A DNA stretch of 64,000 nucleotides from positions 224,001 through 288,000 of the forward strand of contig JBEKIW010000002.1 of NCBI GenBank assembly GCA_050011565.1, written 5' to 3'. Positions 8,711 through 18,756 of this stretch are shown in pieces (the first letter of the stretch is position 1; each line of letters opens with the position of its first letter). The position numbers and the translations under genes were made by a program. The stretch is from Dehalococcoidia bacterium (GTDB taxonomy: Bacteria > Chloroflexota > Dehalococcoidia > GIF9 > UBA5629). Below the pieces are notes generated by a model. The model made no database searches. It worked only from the letters and a program-made list of their open reading frames with translations, and had not been told where the DNA came from.

Positions 8711-9577
8711 ATGAGTCTGCGTGAAAAACTTCAGAACGGCAAGTTTATAGTCACCGCTGAAATCGGCCCGGCTAAAGGTGTAGACATACACGAGTTCAAC
8801 GAGAATGCCGACTTGCTTAAAAGCAGAGTAGATGCGGTTAATTGTACCGACCAGCAGAGTGCTGTAATGAGATTGGGGTCACTTGCCGCCTGCTACCTGC
8901 TCAAACAAAAAGGCGTCGAGCCTGTGTTCCAGATGACCTGCCGGGACCGCAACCGCATCGCACTGCAGTCAGACTTACTTAGCGCTTACGTTATGGGTGT
9001 TGAAAATGTTCTGTGTCTTACCGGAGACTATGTCACCTTAGGAGACCATCCTGACGCCAAACCTGTCTTCGACCTCGATTCCGTTTCCTTACTGTATGCC
9101 GCCCGACAATTAGAACAGGGCAAAGACCTTGCCGGCAAGGAGCTAAAAGGCACACCTAAATTCTTCCTCGGCGCCTGCGTCACTCCCGGTGCCGACCCTG
9201 TGGAACCGCAGCTTATCAAAATGGAGAGAAAGGTAAAGGCCGGTGCCCAGTTCTTCCAGACCCAGGCCATCTACGAGCCAAAAACCTTCGAAGCCTTCAT
9301 GAAAGAAGCTAAGAAATTCGGCGTGCCGATTTTAGTCGGTATCGTGGTGCTAAGGTCAGCCGGTATGGCCAAATTTATGAATAAAAACGTTGCCGGCATA
9401 CATGTCCCCGATGAGCTTATCAACGAGATGGACAAAGCCGAGAACAAATTGCAGAAGGGCGTAGAGATAGCCGCCCGCTTAATCAATGAGATGAAGGGCA
9501 TGTGCCAGGGGGCTCATATCATGGCTATCGGCCTGGAATCGAAGGTGCCTGCAATTCTCGATGCCGCTAAGTTATAA
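8711..9577 (+). CDS. metF: Methylenetetrahydrofolate reductase MetF
   Basis: TAEIGP, QMTCRDRNRIALQSDLL, LCLTGD, GAQFFQTQ; SD AAGGAGGT. Confidence 0.93.
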   Translation: MSLREKLQNGKFIVTAEIGPAKGVDIHEFNENADLLKSRVDAVNCTDQQSAVMRLGSLAACYLLKQKGVEPVFQMTCRDRNRIALQSDLLSAYVMGVENVLCLTGDYVTLGDHPDAKPVFDLDSVSLLYAARQLEQGKDLAGKELKGTPKFFLGACVTPGADPVEPQLIKMERKVKAGAQFFQTQAIYEPKTFEAFMKEAKKFGVPILVGIVVLRSAGMAKFMNKNVAGIHVPDELINEMDKAENKLQKGVEIAARLINEMKGMCQGAHIMAIGLESKVPAILDAAKL

Positions 9578-9592
9578 AGTTAAGGGGCAGAT

Positions 9593-10369
9593 GTGCGCAT
9601 CGTTCGCTTTGTGGCCTGGGGGCGAGCTAAGTACGGTATATTAGCCCGCAACACCATACGCGGACTCCGCGGCAGCCCTTTCTCTCACTTTCAGTATCTA
9701 AATAGCCCATCTATATTTGACGGCAGCACTTACACGCTGGATAAGGTCAGATTGCTTCCCCCGTGCCTTCCCTCAAAGATTGTCTGCCTGGGATTGAATT
9801 ATCGCAGCCACATCGAGGAGATGAAACTGCCTATGCCGTCAGTGCCGCTCATCTTCCTTAAGCCCTCCACCGCAGTTATCGGCCCCGACGACAAAATCAT
9901 ACTGCCCCGCGGCTGGAAACGCATCGACTATGAAGGCGAGCTGGGTGTAGTTATCGGCAAAAAGGCAAAGGATGTTCCAGAAGGGGAAGCAAAGGAATAT
10001 GTGCTGGGCTACACTTGTTTTAACGATGTATCCGACCGACATGCCCAGGCGAATGATGGCCAGTGGACCAGAGCTAAAGGCTATGACACCTTCGCCCCAA
10101 TAGGTCCGTGGATAGAGACGGAGGCCGATCCGGACAATCTGAAACTTGAGACTTACCTTAACAGCGAGCTGCGCCAGTCAGCTTCTACCAGCGACCTGCT
10201 TTTCGGAATATCTACGCTTATTAATTTTATTTCCGGTATTATGACGCTGCTCCCCGGCGATGTCATTGCCACAGGCACGCCATCAGGCGTCAGCCCGCTA
10301 AAGCCGGGCGACATGGTTGAAGTCAGAATAGAAAACATCGGCACGCTGAAAAATTTTGTAGCCATCTAA
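9593..10369 (+). CDS. Fumarylacetoacetate hydrolase family protein
   Basis: KIVCLGLNY, FLKP, DYEGEL, NDVS, KGYDTF, PGDVIATGTP. Confidence 0.92.
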   Translation: MRIVRFVAWGRAKYGILARNTIRGLRGSPFSHFQYLNSPSIFDGSTYTLDKVRLLPPCLPSKIVCLGLNYRSHIEEMKLPMPSVPLIFLKPSTAVIGPDDKIILPRGWKRIDYEGELGVVIGKKAKDVPEGEAKEYVLGYTCFNDVSDRHAQANDGQWTRAKGYDTFAPIGPWIETEADPDNLKLETYLNSELRQSASTSDLLFGISTLINFISGIMTLLPGDVIATGTPSGVSPLKPGDMVEVRIENIGTLKNFVAI

Positions 10370-10457
10370 AAGTAACCAGTTCACGCTATGTTCTGCTCCA
10401 TGACACCTGATATACTTATCCTTTGGACGGCGAACCACAGATAGTCGGAGGTTGGAT

Positions 10458-11108
10458 ATGAACTTAACTTTAATTGAGGCGCTGACTATTGGAGATGCCT
10501 GGTTCCAGTGTCTGGAAAAGGCTCTGGTAGAAGGCAGGACATATCGTATACAGCAGGGCAGTTTCGAGGGTACACATCGGAAAGAAATACCTCTAGTCGC
10601 TATCATAATTCGCAACCCTGGCGTCAGACCATTGAGACCTGATGTACCCATGGGGGTGCCGGCACCTACGACGGATGAGGTCATCCACGACTATATGTCA
10701 TATTTGATGACCGGTGCCAAACAGGAGAATGAAGAGTACACCTATGGCGAGGACCTGGCGCCACAAATCGATGAGGTAATCAAGCGCTATAAGCGGGGAG
10801 TGGATACCAACCAGATGTGCATGACGATCGGCAACAGGAAAAGCATTAAGTTAAAAGACCCGCCGTGTTTAAGAGTGGTGGACACCCGCGTTCAGGACGG
10901 CCAGCTCAATTTCGTTCTTTACTTCAGGAGCTGGGATTTATGGGGTGGCTTCCCTACCAATATGGGCGGATTGCAAATGCTGAAAGAATATATGGCCGAG
11001 GAGATCGGTGTAAAAGATGGCTCCCTTATTGCCTTCAGTAAAGGGCTTCATTTATACGAGCATTGCTGGGACCTGGCCAAAATGGTACTGCATATGCCAC
11101 CGGAATGA
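10458..11108 (+). CDS. thyA: Thymidylate synthase, short archaeal-like ThyA
   Basis: YTYG, PPC (catalytic Cys), FRSWD, FPTN, HLY; SD GGAGGT. Confidence 0.8.
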   Translation: MNLTLIEALTIGDAWFQCLEKALVEGRTYRIQQGSFEGTHRKEIPLVAIIIRNPGVRPLRPDVPMGVPAPTTDEVIHDYMSYLMTGAKQENEEYTYGEDLAPQIDEVIKRYKRGVDTNQMCMTIGNRKSIKLKDPPCLRVVDTRVQDGQLNFVLYFRSWDLWGGFPTNMGGLQMLKEYMAEEIGVKDGSLIAFSKGLHLYEHCWDLAKMVLHMPPE

Positions 11109-11186
11109 ACAATCTAGCTTAATCTTCGGCTGGTAAATTCCACATTACAGCAGTTAGCGAACAGGATTCTAGGGTACCAAGGAAAA

Positions 11187-11768
11187 ATGCCGGAAGGTCA
11201 TTTCGATACGAATAGGGCACCGATTCTCGACAGTGAAGAACGTATCAAAGAGCTGAGACCTTACCAACTCCTCAAGGACACGGCCGGAGTTACTTCCGGC
11301 ATGACCTGCATAGACCTCGGCTGCGGTACCGGAACTTTTTCCTTCCCTATGCTTCTCTGCGTCGGCAGTGAAGGTGTTGTCTATGCCATTGATGACAGTG
11401 CTGAAATGCTGGAGCATATTCGAGCCAAGAATCCGCCGCCAAATCTGATACTGGTTCATGGCGATGTCAGCCAAACGGGGCTTGATAATGAGATTGCCGA
11501 TTTTTGTCTTCTGGCTTTCATCATGCACGAAGTCGAACAGCCGGCTAATCTCCTGGCCGAGGTATTTCGCCTGCTTAAGCCTGAAGGCAGGCTTTTAGTA
11601 ATAGAGTGGAAAGCCGATTTAGATTCGCCAGGCCCTCCACAAAGTAGGCGTCTATACAGAGAAACCGTTGACCAGCTTTTCAAGCAGGCGGATTTACGCG
11701 ATTTCGAATACATCGACTGGTCCAAGAACCACTACGTGACAACGGGCAGCAAAATGAGAACCGATTAG
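11187..11768 (+). CDS. Class I SAM-dependent methyltransferase
   Basis: IDLGCGTG, YAIDDS, RLLKPEG. Confidence 0.88.
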   Translation: MPEGHFDTNRAPILDSEERIKELRPYQLLKDTAGVTSGMTCIDLGCGTGTFSFPMLLCVGSEGVVYAIDDSAEMLEHIRAKNPPPNLILVHGDVSQTGLDNEIADFCLLAFIMHEVEQPANLLAEVFRLLKPEGRLLVIEWKADLDSPGPPQSRRLYRETVDQLFKQADLRDFEYIDWSKNHYVTTGSKMRTD

Positions 11769-11834
11769 GCAGCGTCAGCACATTAAGCACCCGGGCAAAC
11801 AACAAATAGCTCTATTCAAGCATTGGACTGCGAT

Positions 11835-13244
11835 TTACCGATTGCCCAACCGCCGTAGAATCTTCGCCCGCTCCTGGACCTTTTTTATGATGTCGCGAGT
11901 CTCGATAAAATCGGTGGTGTGCCTTCCCGACCTGAATGTTTCGTCGTCCAACGCCACCTGGTGGAACAGAGTAATCGACTCGATGCCTTCGATTCTTATC
12001 TCACTCAGAGCCCTCTGCATCCGTAATATAGCTTCTTCCCTGGTCTTCCCTCTTACCAGTAGTTTAAACAGCAATGAATCATAATCATGAGGAAGCTCAT
12101 AACCTTCATAGACTCCTTCATCGATCCTGACTCCCAAACCGTGGGGAAATCGAAGGCCCGTTATTTTACCGGGACTGGGGAAAAAGTTACGCGTCGGATC
12201 CTCTGCGGTTATCCGGCAATTTATAGAAGGTGCATCAAGTCTAATATCTTCCTGGTTATAACTCAATCGCTCTCCAGCGGCAATTCTGATTTGCTCTTTG
12301 ACGATGTCTACATTGGCAGCGAGCTCCGTCACACAGTGCTCCACCTGCAAACGAGAGTTAACTTCGTTAAAGTAGAACTCCTGGGTGTCCGGCACGTAAA
12401 AGAACTCTACAGTCAGCGCATTGACGTACTGCAAAGCCACCGCCACGTCGAGAGCCGTCACGTACATCTTCATTCTCAAGTGCGGCGATAAAATTTGGCA
12501 CGGTGCTTCTTCTATCAGCTTCTGAAACCTTCGCTGAACGGAGCAGTCCCTTTCCCCCAGATGAATAACGTTACCGAACTTATCAGCCAGGACTTGGACC
12601 TCTATGTGCTTTACTCCGGTGAGAAGCTTCTCAACATAGAATGAGGGCACGCCGAACGCCTTTTTCCCTCTCTCCTTCACAAAGCGAACAGCCTCTTCCA
12701 GCTCTTTGCTATCTCTAGCTACGACCATACCGATGCCGCCCCCACCACCCGAGGGCTTGATAATAACGGGATAGCCGATGCTTTCCGCCGCCTGTTCCAC
12801 GTCGGCAAGCTTTACGTTACCTAAGCCCGTAAAAGGCTCGTCGGAGCCCGGGATTATAGGTATATTAAGCATTCTCATCAACTGCCGCGCCCTGTGCTTT
12901 GGCTTAACTTTATACATACACTCGCTGGTAGGGCCTATGAAGACAATCCCCTGTTTTTCACACATTTCGGCAAACTCGGGATTCTCGGCTAAAAAGCCAT
13001 AGCCCGGGTGAAGGGCGTCGGCTTTGCTCCGCATGGCAACTTCCAGTATTTTCTCCGTATTAAGATAGCTCTTCGTTGCCTCCGCCGGTCCAATGAGGTA
13101 GGCCTCGTCAGCCAGCTTTACATGCAGCGAGTTGGCATCAACATCGGAATAAACTACAACCGTACTTATGCCCATCTCTTTGCAGGTCCTTATTATCCTG
13201 ACGGCAATTTCGCCGCGGTTGGGAATCATAATTTTGCGAAACAT
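11835..13244 (-). CDS. Biotin carboxylase (AccC/PycA-like)
   Basis: NRGEIAVR, HPGYGFLAEN, GGGGIGM, ERDCSVQRR, RLQVEH. Confidence 0.92.
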   Translation of the reverse strand: MFRKIMIPNRGEIAVRIIRTCKEMGISTVVVYSDVDANSLHVKLADEAYLIGPAEATKSYLNTEKILEVAMRSKADALHPGYGFLAENPEFAEMCEKQGIVFIGPTSECMYKVKPKHRARQLMRMLNIPIIPGSDEPFTGLGNVKLADVEQAAESIGYPVIIKPSGGGGGIGMVVARDSKELEEAVRFVKERGKKAFGVPSFYVEKLLTGVKHIEVQVLADKFGNVIHLGERDCSVQRRFQKLIEEAPCQILSPHLRMKMYVTALDVAVALQYVNALTVEFFYVPDTQEFYFNEVNSRLQVEHCVTELAANVDIVKEQIRIAAGERLSYNQEDIRLDAPSINCRITAEDPTRNFFPSPGKITGLRFPHGLGVRIDEGVYEGYELPHDYDSLLFKLLVRGKTREEAILRMQRALSEIRIEGIESITLFHQVALDDETFRSGRHTTDFIETRDIIKKVQERAKILRRLGNR

Positions 13245-13319
13245 GACCTTATCCTCTACTTAAAAAACACAATCGAAAAACAGAATATTTTCTTAGTGTA
13301 GCCTAAAAGATAACCAGAT

Positions 13320-13802
13320 TCAATCGAGATACGTTATTTTGGCAGCCGGTCTACCCCGCAACTCAAACTCTATCCCGGCCTCATTAAATAAATCCATGAA
13401 GGAATTATCGGCATAATTGCCGAAGGTGACAAACCGCTTAATCTTAGCATTCACCAGCATCTTGGCGCAGAGTATACACGGATTATGCGTAACATAAACC
13501 GTCGCGCTTTCGAGGCTGACACCATGAAGCGATGCCTGTATGATGACATTCTGCTCCGCATGGATGCCGCGACAAATCTCATGCCTTGTTCCGGACGGTA
13601 TCTTCATCTCGTCTCTGAGGCAGCCAAGCTCAAGACAGTCTTTTAGCCCGGCAGGTGCGCCGTTGTAACCGGTAGCTAAAATATGCTTGTCTTTAACGGC
13701 CACGGCTCCAACATGGTGCCGGTGGCACGTCGAGCGTTCCGCCACCACAGAAGCTATCTTCAGGAAATATTCATCGATTTCCGGCCGGATTACTTTCTTC
13801 AT
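13320..13802 (-). CDS. dCMP deaminase (ComEB/cytidine deaminase family)
   Basis: RSTC, TGYNG, HAEQN, PCILC zinc motifs. Confidence 0.92.
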   Translation of the reverse strand: MKKVIRPEIDEYFLKIASVVAERSTCHRHHVGAVAVKDKHILATGYNGAPAGLKDCLELGCLRDEMKIPSGTRHEICRGIHAEQNVIIQASLHGVSLESATVYVTHNPCILCAKMLVNAKIKRFVTFGNYADNSFMDLFNEAGIEFELRGRPAAKITYLD

Positions 13803-14341
13803 CTTAATACTGATAGCACCTTCTTAGTTTCTCTTACCAGGCCTTTCAATGAGGACTCGTTTATAATTGTAAAGTCGGCCATGGCTATAGGCCCACCCTT
13901 GTTAGTATTCTCCAGCTCGGCGACATCGCGGCTGGCAGCTTCTTCTGCCGTTAATGGACGGACATGCCGTTTCCCCAGCCTCTCATACCTGGTCCCGGGT
14001 GATGCCCAGACAGCGACCACACGAAAACTATTTCCATAACGACTTCTGAGCAATGTGTACTCTTCCCACGAATAGAGGCCGTCCACCACAACGTTTGTCG
14101 ACTTGAGCCAGGCATCAATCTTGGGCAGATTCAGTTCGGCGTAGGCTGCCATACCGTGCTCTTGTCTCAGTTGCTGCCTGACCTGGCGTTCGTTTTCCTC
14201 GTTTAGCTGAAGACCTCTTTTCTTGATTTCCTCGTCGGTTATGTCTCCAAACCTCACCTTCTTGAAGCCGTTCCCCTCAAACACACTGGCTACCTCGGAC
14301 TTACCTGAGCCCGCCATACCGACAATTGATACCACCTGCAT
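13799..14341 (-). CDS. P-loop kinase, probable archaeal-type dephospho-CoA kinase
   Basis: GMAGSGKS Walker A, VVVDG, RD..E, IAMAD; 4-nt overlap with the deaminase. Confidence 0.72.
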   Translation of the reverse strand: MQVVSIVGMAGSGKSEVASVFEGNGFKKVRFGDITDEEIKKRGLQLNEENERQVRQQLRQEHGMAAYAELNLPKIDAWLKSTNVVVDGLYSWEEYTLLRSRYGNSFRVVAVWASPGTRYERLGKRHVRPLTAEEAASRDVAELENTNKGGPIAMADFTIINESSLKGLVRETKKVLSVLR

Positions 14342-14534
14342 TTCTAAACTGTTTCCAGATGAAATTCGTTCTCCCCATTATAGGGAAAACAGCTACCAGT
14401 TGGCAAAGCGATGCGAGTCTGAACTTTTGAAGCCATGCTACCCCCAATGCTATAATTAGTGACAAAGCCTCATGCACATCCGCAATCGAGCCAACTTCCA
14501 CCGAAGACTAATCACAAATTTAGGAGGAAACAAG

Positions 14535-14876
14535 ATGAAAACGAACATGGCTGTCATGCTTGCCGTATTAGGGCTGGTCACTCTGGGATTGTTTGCCAAT
14601 CTGGGCTGCAGCTCTGGCGGCGCCGATGTTTACCTGGAAGGGGTAACCCTCGGTTCGGTAACAGTCGAGGGAAAACCGGTTTCCGGGCTGCCGTCACAGA
14701 CAGTGAACATCGTCCTGAAGGTTGATGCCAAACAGATAAACATAAGCTCCGCCGGCGGGCAGACCACCATTAAATTAAGCCCCTCGAACGCCACCATAGT
14801 TACTGGCCCGAATGGCACCAGCTTCACCGGCGTCAAACCGGAACAGGTAGAAATCCAGTGGCCTGGCACACAGTAG
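14535..14876 (+). CDS. Hypothetical lipoprotein
   Basis: SD AGGAGG; MK, hydrophobic stretch, NLGC lipobox-like; beta-rich mature part. Confidence 0.72.
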   Translation: MKTNMAVMLAVLGLVTLGLFANLGCSSGGADVYLEGVTLGSVTVEGKPVSGLPSQTVNIVLKVDAKQINISSAGGQTTIKLSPSNATIVTGPNGTSFTGVKPEQVEIQWPGTQ

Positions 14877-14883
14877 AAAATTT

Positions 14884-17064
14884 ATGGATGTTTTAGCTGG
14901 ACTTAACCCGGCCCAAAAAAAGGCCGTAGAAACCATTGACGGGCCGCTGCTTATCGTTGCCGGCCCCGGCAGCGGCAAGACCAGGGTCATCACCCACCGT
15001 GTCGCTTACCTGATAAAGGTGTGCGGCGTAAACCCTCACCGCATTATGGCCGTCACCTTCACCAACAAGGCTGCAAGGGAGATGGCGGAGAGATTGGAAA
15101 AGCTGCTGGGGCAGACAGCGGGTGACTTAACTCTGGGCACCTTCCATGCCATCTGCGCCCGAATACTGCGCCAGGAAGGCAAGGCCATCGGGCTGGACTC
15201 CAGATTCGTTATCTACGACGAGGAAGACCAGCTAAGCCTGATAAAGCAGAGCCTGCAGGAACTCGACCTCGACCCCAAGCAGTACACGCCGAGAGCTATC
15301 CAATCGGCCATCAAGTACGCCAAAAGCCGGCTGCTGACGCCGGCAGACTACGCCGAGCAAACCAGCAATTATTTCGAAACCGTAGTCCAACGCGTCTACG
15401 AGAGATATCAGCAATCACTAACCCGTAGCCACGGCGTCGACTTCGATGACCTGCTGATGAGGACAGTCCAGCTATTCAACGACCATCCCAAGGTTCTCGC
15501 CAAATATCAATCACGTTATCTTCATATTCTGGTCGACGAGTTTCAGGATACCAACATCACCCAGTATATGCTGATAAAGCAGCTGGCGGGAAAACACCGG
15601 AATGTCTGTGTTGTCGGCGACCCCGACCAGTCGATTTATTCCTGGAGATTTGCCGATTTGCGTAACATACTGAGCTTCGAGAAGGATTATCCCGATGCCA
15701 AAGTAGCCTTCCTGGAGCAGAATTATCGCTCTACCAAGACCATACTCGATGTGGCGTCCAGCATCATCACCATCAACTCACGGCGTAAACCTAAACGCCT
15801 GTGGACGGATAACGAGGCTGGCGTTCCGGTCTCCGTTATCCAGACTTACAACGAGGGTGAAGAGGCCCAGTTTGTCATCAGCGAAATAGAAAGGCTGGTA
15901 AGCGAAAACCTTACCACAGCCGGCGGTTGTGCCGTGATGTACCGGGTCAATGCGCAGTCCCGAGCTTTGGAAGAAGCTTACATGCGCTATGGACTGCCGT
16001 ACAAGCTCGTCGGCGGCACCCGTTTCTACCAGAGGCGCGAGATTAAAGATATCATCGCCTACCTGAGGCTGATACACAACCCTGCCGACAGTATCAGCCT
16101 CACTCGAATAATAAATGTCCCCGGCAGAGGCATCGGCCAGCGTACTCTGGCTGAGCTATCAGGCTGGGCAAAAAATCAGGACATATCTTTATATTCGGCA
16201 CTTAAGATGGTGGCGGAGAAGAAAGGGCCAGCCTTAACACCGCGGGCTAACTACGCTCTGATAAGCTTCTTGACCTTACTTAACGAATTCATCACTAAAA
16301 GCGGGGAGCTAAATCTCACCGGTTTGCTCAATGAGGTGCTGGAGAAGACAGGCTACAAGGTGCACGTTCTCAACGAGGAAAACGGCGAGGAGCGCTGGGA
16401 GAACATACAAGAGCTTTTCACCGTAGCTAGAGATTACGACGAACTCAGCCCCACTGAGGCGTTGTCTACATTCCTCGAGAAGGTAAGCCTGGTCTCAGAC
16501 GTAGACGAGCTTGAAGAAAAGGTAGACGCCACCACGCTGATTACGCTGCACCAGGCCAAGGGTCTGGAATTCCCCGTTGTCTTCATCGTCGGCATGGAGG
16601 AAGGACTGCTGCCACATCGGAGGTCTATGGAAGACCCCGATGAACTGGAGGAGGAACGCCGGTTGTGCTATGTAGGAGTAACCCGGGCGCAGCAGCGAGT
16701 TTATTTACTACATACCTATCACCGCAACCTGTTCGGCAGCAGCTCGGCAACTCTACCCTCGCGCTTTCTCCAGGACATCCCCAAACAATTAATTGCCGGC
16801 AAAGGCCTGTGGGAAGATGACGGGGACAAGGCAGATGAATTCACGCCGATAACCACCCTTTATTCCAGGTCGACCATTAAGCCATTGAGCAGCCTGAAAT
16901 TAGAAATTGGCGACCGTGTTCAACACAAGATGTTCGGTGAAGGTGTGGTTATAAACTGCTCGCCCAATAAGGACGATCAGGAAATAACCGTCGCCTTCGA
17001 TGGAGCCGGCGTTAAGCATCTGCTCCTTAGCCTGGCACCCCTCGAAAAAATAGAGACAAGCTGA
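14884..17064 (+). CDS. pcrA: ATP-dependent DNA helicase PcrA/UvrD
   Basis: AGPGSGKT, TFTNKAA, VDEFQD, GDPDQSIY, QNYRS, HQAKGLEF, EERRLCYVGVTRA. Confidence 0.96.
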   Translation: MDVLAGLNPAQKKAVETIDGPLLIVAGPGSGKTRVITHRVAYLIKVCGVNPHRIMAVTFTNKAAREMAERLEKLLGQTAGDLTLGTFHAICARILRQEGKAIGLDSRFVIYDEEDQLSLIKQSLQELDLDPKQYTPRAIQSAIKYAKSRLLTPADYAEQTSNYFETVVQRVYERYQQSLTRSHGVDFDDLLMRTVQLFNDHPKVLAKYQSRYLHILVDEFQDTNITQYMLIKQLAGKHRNVCVVGDPDQSIYSWRFADLRNILSFEKDYPDAKVAFLEQNYRSTKTILDVASSIITINSRRKPKRLWTDNEAGVPVSVIQTYNEGEEAQFVISEIERLVSENLTTAGGCAVMYRVNAQSRALEEAYMRYGLPYKLVGGTRFYQRREIKDIIAYLRLIHNPADSISLTRIINVPGRGIGQRTLAELSGWAKNQDISLYSALKMVAEKKGPALTPRANYALISFLTLLNEFITKSGELNLTGLLNEVLEKTGYKVHVLNEENGEERWENIQELFTVARDYDELSPTEALSTFLEKVSLVSDVDELEEKVDATTLITLHQAKGLEFPVVFIVGMEEGLLPHRRSMEDPDELEEERRLCYVGVTRAQQRVYLLHTYHRNLFGSSSATLPSRFLQDIPKQLIAGKGLWEDDGDKADEFTPITTLYSRSTIKPLSSLKLEIGDRVQHKMFGEGVVINCSPNKDDQEITVAFDGAGVKHLLLSLAPLEKIETS

Positions 17065-17114
17065 GGACTTTCTTCAATTGTATTTATACACTAAACCGTG
17101 TAATATGAACTGAC

Positions 17115-18755
17115 ATGCCTATCAGAATTCTGGCCTGTGAAGTTGTCTCCAAGATTGCCGCCGGTGAGGTGGTGGACAGGCCGGCTTCGGTGGTGAAGGA
17201 GCTGGTGGAGAACTCGCTGGATGCCGGCGCCACACAGATATCCGTCGAGACACAGGATGGCGGCGTACGCCTCATCAGGGTAACCGACAACGGCAGCGGC
17301 ATACCCGCCACCGATGTGGAACGTGCCTTTCATCGCTACGCCACCAGCAAGATTGAAACGCTGACCGACCTAGAAAAAATTTCCACGCTGGGCTTCCGAG
17401 GTGAGGCTCTGCCCAGCATAGCCTCCGCAGCCGATGTGGAAATCCTGACCAAGGCCGACGTTGATACTGCCGGCAGCTACCTCCACCTCAAGAGCAGCAA
17501 TATAGCAAAGAGGGATAAACGCACTCGACCTCAAGGCACCACCGTCATCGTGCATCACCTTTTCCGTAACGTCCCGGTGCGACTGAAATTCCTCAAGTCG
17601 GCAACCACCGAAAGCGGCCACATTGCCAACCTTTTGAGCCAGTATGCACTGGCCTTCCCCGAGGTGCGATTCAATCTTGTCCTGGATGGGCGGCTGACCC
17701 TCCACACCTCGGGCAACGGCAGCTTAGAAGAAGTTGTCGCCGAAGTTTACGGATTGGAAATAGCCAGGCAAATGTTGAAGATTGGCGAAACGGACCAGGT
17801 TCCGGGTGTATCCGGCCTGGTAAGCCCGCCATCGCTGGCTCGCTCTAGTCGCAGCTACCTCAGCTTTTTCGTCAACCGTCGCTGGGTAAGCAGCAGCCTG
17901 CTGGCTCGAGCCACTGAAGATGCCTATCACGGCTTGCTTATCACCGGCAAGCATCCTATTGCCATCGTAAATGTTTCATTGCCGCCGCAGGAGCTAGATA
18001 TCAATGTCCATCCCACAAAAAGAGACGTAAAATTCCGCAACAGCCAGATTGTCTACGCAGCAGTTCAAAAGTCAATACAGAAAGTGCTGGTAAAAGCACC
18101 GCCGCCTGAAATTAAGACCGGCGCACCCTCATTTACCCCACCTCCAAGCTTGTGGACAGTCAAAGGTGCCGAGCCGGTTTCCCTGCCTATATTGAGGGTT
18201 GTGGGACAGCTCGCCAGCAACTATATCATGGCTGAAGGCCCCGAAGGCCTCTATCTTATCGACCAGCACGCCGCCCATGAACGTGTCCTGTTCGAAAAAA
18301 TCCTGTCCCAGCGCGCTCAGCGGCAGATAGAAATTCAGGGCTTGCTTGAGCCAGTGAGCCTGGAATTAACTCCCAAGCAAGAGGAGGTTTTGAAAAAGAA
18401 GGCTGAGCTGCTGGGTGAGTTCGGCTTCAGTCTTGAGCACTTTGGCGCCAGGAGCTACCTGCTTAAAGCGGTGCCCGCCATAATGAAGGAGGGAAACCTG
18501 TCCGAAGCGGTCAGTACACTGTTAGACTCCATAGCCATCGAAGAGGAACCAGCTAAGCGCGACGAAAAAATAGCTCAGTCTGTAGCCTGTCACAGTGCTG
18601 TCAAGGCCGGGCATTCATTAAATGCCGAGGAAATGAGAGAGCTGATAAAGCAACTGGAACAGACCAGGCAGCCGCGCACCTGCCCCCACGGCAGGCCGAC
18701 CATGATACATCTGAGCTCACACCAATTGGAAAAGGAATTCGGCAGGACCGGCTAA
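17115..18755 (+). CDS. mutL: DNA mismatch repair endonuclease MutL
   Basis: IAAGEVV, ENSLDAGA, GFRGEAL, DQHAAHE, ACH, CPHGRP. Confidence 0.97.
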   Translation: MPIRILACEVVSKIAAGEVVDRPASVVKELVENSLDAGATQISVETQDGGVRLIRVTDNGSGIPATDVERAFHRYATSKIETLTDLEKISTLGFRGEALPSIASAADVEILTKADVDTAGSYLHLKSSNIAKRDKRTRPQGTTVIVHHLFRNVPVRLKFLKSATTESGHIANLLSQYALAFPEVRFNLVLDGRLTLHTSGNGSLEEVVAEVYGLEIARQMLKIGETDQVPGVSGLVSPPSLARSSRSYLSFFVNRRWVSSSLLARATEDAYHGLLITGKHPIAIVNVSLPPQELDINVHPTKRDVKFRNSQIVYAAVQKSIQKVLVKAPPPEIKTGAPSFTPPPSLWTVKGAEPVSLPILRVVGQLASNYIMAEGPEGLYLIDQHAAHERVLFEKILSQRAQRQIEIQGLLEPVSLELTPKQEEVLKKKAELLGEFGFSLEHFGARSYLLKAVPAIMKEGNLSEAVSTLLDSIAIEEEPAKRDEKIAQSVACHSAVKAGHSLNAEEMRELIKQLEQTRQPRTCPHGRPTMIHLSSHQLEKEFGRTG

Positions 18756-18756
18756 A

